Origin: Vitrella brassicaformis CCMP3155 | Lineage: Eukaryota > Protista > Chromerida | Assembly (NCBI GenBank): GCA_001179505.1 | Contig: CDMY01000091.1 | Location: forward strand, 124,001-188,000 | Direction: 5' to 3' | DNA length: 64,000 bases | Part shown: positions 60,344 through 64,000 of the stretch, piece by piece | How positions within the stretch are numbered: the stretch's first letter is position 1 | Layout of the letters: each line of letters opens with the position of its first letter | Notes under the pieces: generated by a model | What the model was told of the DNA's origin: nothing | Databases searched by the model: none | The model's input: the letters and a program-made list of their open reading frames with translations, nothing else | Translations under genes and position numbers: made by a program

Positions 60344-62369
60344 GGCTGCTGGTGCTGCTCTGCTCAGCGACGGCCCAATATCACCTCAGGGGCGGGGTAT
60401 TGTCTGGTGTTGACGACGAGAGAATCACACTCCTCCTCAAACCTTGCCCCTCCGAAATCTATGACTGAGACACAAAACGGGCATCACACGAGTGATGAGT
60501 GGTGTGGTATTTGACATGTCTTGCATGCACTTTTGATATCAGCTTTGGCCGGGCGGACGAAGTGATCGCCCAGAGGGGCGCCGGATATCTGCAGTAGGGA
60601 CACACAAAGGCCATTGATCGTGGTGGTCCTATCGTATATGCGCGGGTACGTACCGTGACGGTGGCACGGTTGGCGCTATGTCCGGGTCAGCAAACAAGAC
60701 ATTCTTGTGCTGCATTAGGAGAAAGACACATAGGCTTGCCGTCTCGTCTGTATGTGCCTACTTACCAGTGTTGACTCCTCAGTGCGTGAGGTGAGTTTCA
60801 TGGTGTGTATGAAATCCAGGCCGTCCAGCACTTCTCCTGCACTCACACACACAGCACAAACAGGTATGTGGGTAGGTCATCGATTAAAAGACATCAACCG
60901 AGCGGCGTAGCCCAAAGCATTGATCCATCTCCATTCACTAGTAGGATCACTCACTCACCTGACAGGTACTTGACCTCGTCATCGGAGTGCTCCTCTAACG
61001 CCGCTGAAGGCATCCAGCACCATAGTAACCAAGGTCTACATCATGATGGATGGCGTTCGTGATGTGTCGGCGTTGAACTTGAGTGTGATGGACCTACTGA
61101 AAAGCAAAGGAGAGGGCCACACCATTGGATTGCCGTGCGGATGCAATTCGTAAGCGTGGCAGCCAGCCTTGGTTTTGTACCGCACCTGTGAGGCGTACTT
61201 GACGCTCTTGGGTTGATTCGCCTAGTGACTGAAGGTGCAATCCTGACATCCTGACGAAATCCTCTCATCCGTTGCAGGAGCAGCCTTTGACGGCAGCATG
61301 GCTTGAACTTGAGTTGCATCCTGACGCACACACACATCCCGCACGTGCACGCGGCAGGCACGCTGATGATGAGGTTTCATTATTCTCCTTTCTTTCGAAG
61401 AGAGAGTGGGGGCGGAAGGGGGCCGAAGAGCGAACTTGAACTTGGAGAACCTGACGAAAAAGCGAGAACGAAAAGAACACTCCGTCTCTCGTCGAGAATA
61501 CTTTCTCATGCCAACCCACGGCACCAGGCGGTCAGTCCTCGTCGTGTGCTGGCACTGCTGGCACTGCTGGCAACACAAGACAAGTATATGTGCTCAAAAA
61601 GTCCCAAAAAGTCATCTGCTCTCACATGTCCACACACGGGCACACAGTGACTTACCTCAATTCGAAATAAAACACCGACGAGCGCAACGGACAGACAGAC
61701 GGGAGCCCTGGCCGAGAGCAGCTGCCCCGGCTGGCTGACGCCGCGCTGGCGGCAGGCGCGGGCCAATAAGGGCGGCGAGGTCATTGGTTGCCGCTGCCAC
61801 GTACGGGAAGGAAGGGAGGGCGGCGAGGATGGTGGGCGGGGCGCGAGGGAAACCACCCAGAAAAACAAAACCGAGCGAGATGCACCCGATGAGCTGGAAA
61901 ACAAGGGAGGACAACACGGCAGCTGGTGGTGTACGTGTGGTTTGTTTTCTTCTTTGAACGACGTCCCCGTCTCCTGCCGTCTCCCGACGAGAATTCTCGC
62001 CAATTTCACAAACTAAGCCATCCGGTTGGTGCAGGTGACGTCGACAGCATCGGAGGTATGGGGTACAACGAAGCTGTCGACTGCTGGCCTCGCTGGCAAC
62101 ATAAGACAATTAAATGTGCACAACAAGGCATGTCTCCTCTCACATAACATCATTTTCACAAAGCGTACCTAAAACAAACAGCGACGGGGGAGCGACGGGG
62201 GAGCGACGCGGTGGACAGACAGACTGCAGCCAGGATCCTTGGCCGGGAGCAGCTGGAGCGCGCGGCTGATGCCGCGTTGGCTAGCGATAAGGGCGGCTGG
62301 CCCCCAGTTGCCGCTGCCGCCACAGGAGGGGAGGGAGAGAGGCTGAGGCGGGTGGGACGCGATGAATTC

Positions 62370-62627
62370 CAAGGCAAGCGTCTTGGTGGTCGAAAACTGG
62401 CTGCGAGCCACGAAAACCGACCTCTGAGCCCAAAACCAGCTTTGCACAGTGCAAAACCGGTTTTGCGACAGAGAAAACCGGTTTGCGATAGAGAAAACCG
62501 GTTTTGCTTGTTTTCAAATCCCGGTTTTCCCTATTTGAGTGCCGGTTTTCGAGCCACAGTTTTGTGGAGACATCGATTTGTGGTCGTGTCTCTATAAAAC
62601 CGGCACTCAAACAGGGAAAACCGGGCT
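62370..62627 (-). mobile_element. Foldback/MITE-like element, copy 2 (opposite orientation, runs into gap)
   Basis: Same terminal arm; the unique core (atagagacacgaccacaaat..gatgtctcc) is reverse-complemented relative to copies 1 and 3. Confidence 0.8.
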
Positions 62628-62927
62628 NNNNNNNNNNNNNNNNNNNNNNNNNNNNNNNNNNNNNNNNNNNNNNNNNNNNNNNNNNNNNNNNNNNNNNNNN
62701 NNNNNNNNNNNNNNNNNNNNNNNNNNNNNNNNNNNNNNNNNNNNNNNNNNNNNNNNNNNNNNNNNNNNNNNNNNNNNNNNNNNNNNNNNNNNNNNNNNNN
62801 NNNNNNNNNNNNNNNNNNNNNNNNNNNNNNNNNNNNNNNNNNNNNNNNNNNNNNNNNNNNNNNNNNNNNNNNNNNNNNNNNNNNNNNNNNNNNNNNNNNN
62901 NNNNNNNNNNNNNNNNNNNNNNNNNNN
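62628..62927. other. Assembly gap (300 N)
   Basis: Run of N. Confidence 1.
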
Positions 62928-63432
62928 GGGGGGGTGCAGTGTGATATGCGTGTGTGCGGACGCATTGATGGAGAAATGTGTGTGTTGGTGTGTGTGTGTG
63001 CGCACTGACTGTCGGTTGCCGTCTATGGGGAGAGAGGGACGGACGGTGGGCGAGAGAGGAAAGGCCAACTTGTCTGTGTGTCTGCCTATCCATTTTGCGC
63101 ACAGTGCCGCAGGCACAACGACTGTCTGTGTTCATCCACTCACGTGAGGCGGGTGAGCCGTGTGCGGGCGGACAGACAGCCCAGACAGACAGAGAGACCG
63201 ACCAGATAGCCAATAGAGAGCACTACGCCGCCCTTCGGTGGCCCTTTCTATCTCTATGTGAAGCGCTGCGTGTCGATGAATGAGTGTGCAGACAGACAGA
63301 CAAACAAACAGACAGACAGACCGACAGATGGACGCCTGCTGAGCGTGTTTGACTTAGTGTAGATTGGCTGGCTGGCTGGCTGTGTGTCTGTTTCGGCTAC
63401 TCGTATTGCCATCGGTGCCTGCATTTTATATT

Positions 63433-63818
63433 CAAGGCAAGCGTCTTGGTGGTCGAAAACTGGCTGCGAGCCACGAAAACCGACCTCTGAGCCCAAAACC
63501 AGCTTTGCACAGTGCAAAACCGGTTTTGCGACAGAGAAAACCGGTTTTGCTTGTTTTCAAAGCCCGGTTTTCCCTGTTTGAGTGCCGGTTTTATAGAGAC
63601 ACGACCACAAATAGATGTCTCCGCAAAAGTGTGGCCCGAATACCGGCACTCAAACAGGGAAAACCGGGCTTTGAAAACAAGCAAAACCGGTTTTCTCTAT
63701 CGCAAACCGGTTTTCTTTGTCGCAAAACCGGTTTTGTACTGTGCAAAGCTGGTTTTGGGCTCAGAGGTCGGTTTTCGTGGCTCGCAGCCAGTTTTGGACC
63801 ACCAAGATGCTTGCCTTG
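63433..63818 (+). mobile_element. Complete foldback/MITE-like element, copy 3 (386 bp, long terminal inverted repeats)
   Basis: CAAGGCAAGC...GCTTGCCTTG termini; arms of roughly 150 bp containing repeated AAAACCGGTTTT palindromes; short unique core; no ORF of substance and no clear TSD. Confidence 0.85.
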
Positions 63819-64000
63819 TGATTCAAGAGAGAGGGCACCCGTCATCACCGTGTCCTGTATATGAAGAAGAGTGCAGAGTGCTGGTGATGCAGCGAACTCT
63901 GACTTGGCGCTCCCAACGGCCGAATGTGTAAGTGTAAACTCTCGGTTCGAATTCGCGCGCATCCCTGCGTACTACTTGTTGCGTGTTGCGTGTCCGTGTT

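Noticed and set aside
61700-61820. CPGWLTPRWRQARANKGGEVIGCRCH as a GRF- or topoisomerase-type zinc ribbon
   Set aside because: Ligand spacing fits poorly and no supporting exon chain or transposase motifs were found.
58772-63818. CRISPR array or satellite interpretation of the AAAACCGGTTTT repeats; ORFs such as KPALHSAKPVLRQRKPV
   Set aside because: There is no regular repeat-spacer period, the context is eukaryotic, and the repeats are subterminal parts of a foldback element. The ORFs are its non-coding translations.

Overview
This is a eukaryotic, GC-rich, intron-dense scaffold. Introns are full of (CA)n/(GT)n/(GA)n microsatellites, and there are four 300-N gaps. Style and gene content suggest a chromerid alveolate, most likely Vitrella brassicaformis (inference). 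Most short ORFs in the track are microsatellite artefacts, so genes were rebuilt by eye from GT-AG exons. From left to right: an RNA-dependent RNA polymerase (RDR-type, 3' end outside the window); a Sec14/CRAL-TRIO protein; a Ser/Thr kinase with a duplicated terminal exon; an F-box-like repeat protein; a probable pseudokinase; two hypothetical genes, one SUMO-motif-rich with a KH-like domain; a decayed receptor-like gene (signal peptide, plant-type LRRs, Cys-rich repeats, about 9 TM helices); a tandem array of degenerate kinases; a hypothetical gene ending KKKPCCG; and a guanylate kinase with an organelle-type leader. The guanylate kinase sits head-to-head with an intron-containing DUF2064 (TIGR04282-like) + GT2 (TIGR04283-like) fusion, whose bacterial relatives are linked to arsenosugar biosynthesis. 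Next come three paralogous ~97-nt stem-loops with a compensatory substitution, a KH-domain protein, canonical Rab1, and three copies of a foldback MITE. The best leads are the DUF2064-GT2 fusion with its guanylate kinase neighbour, and the hairpin triplet.
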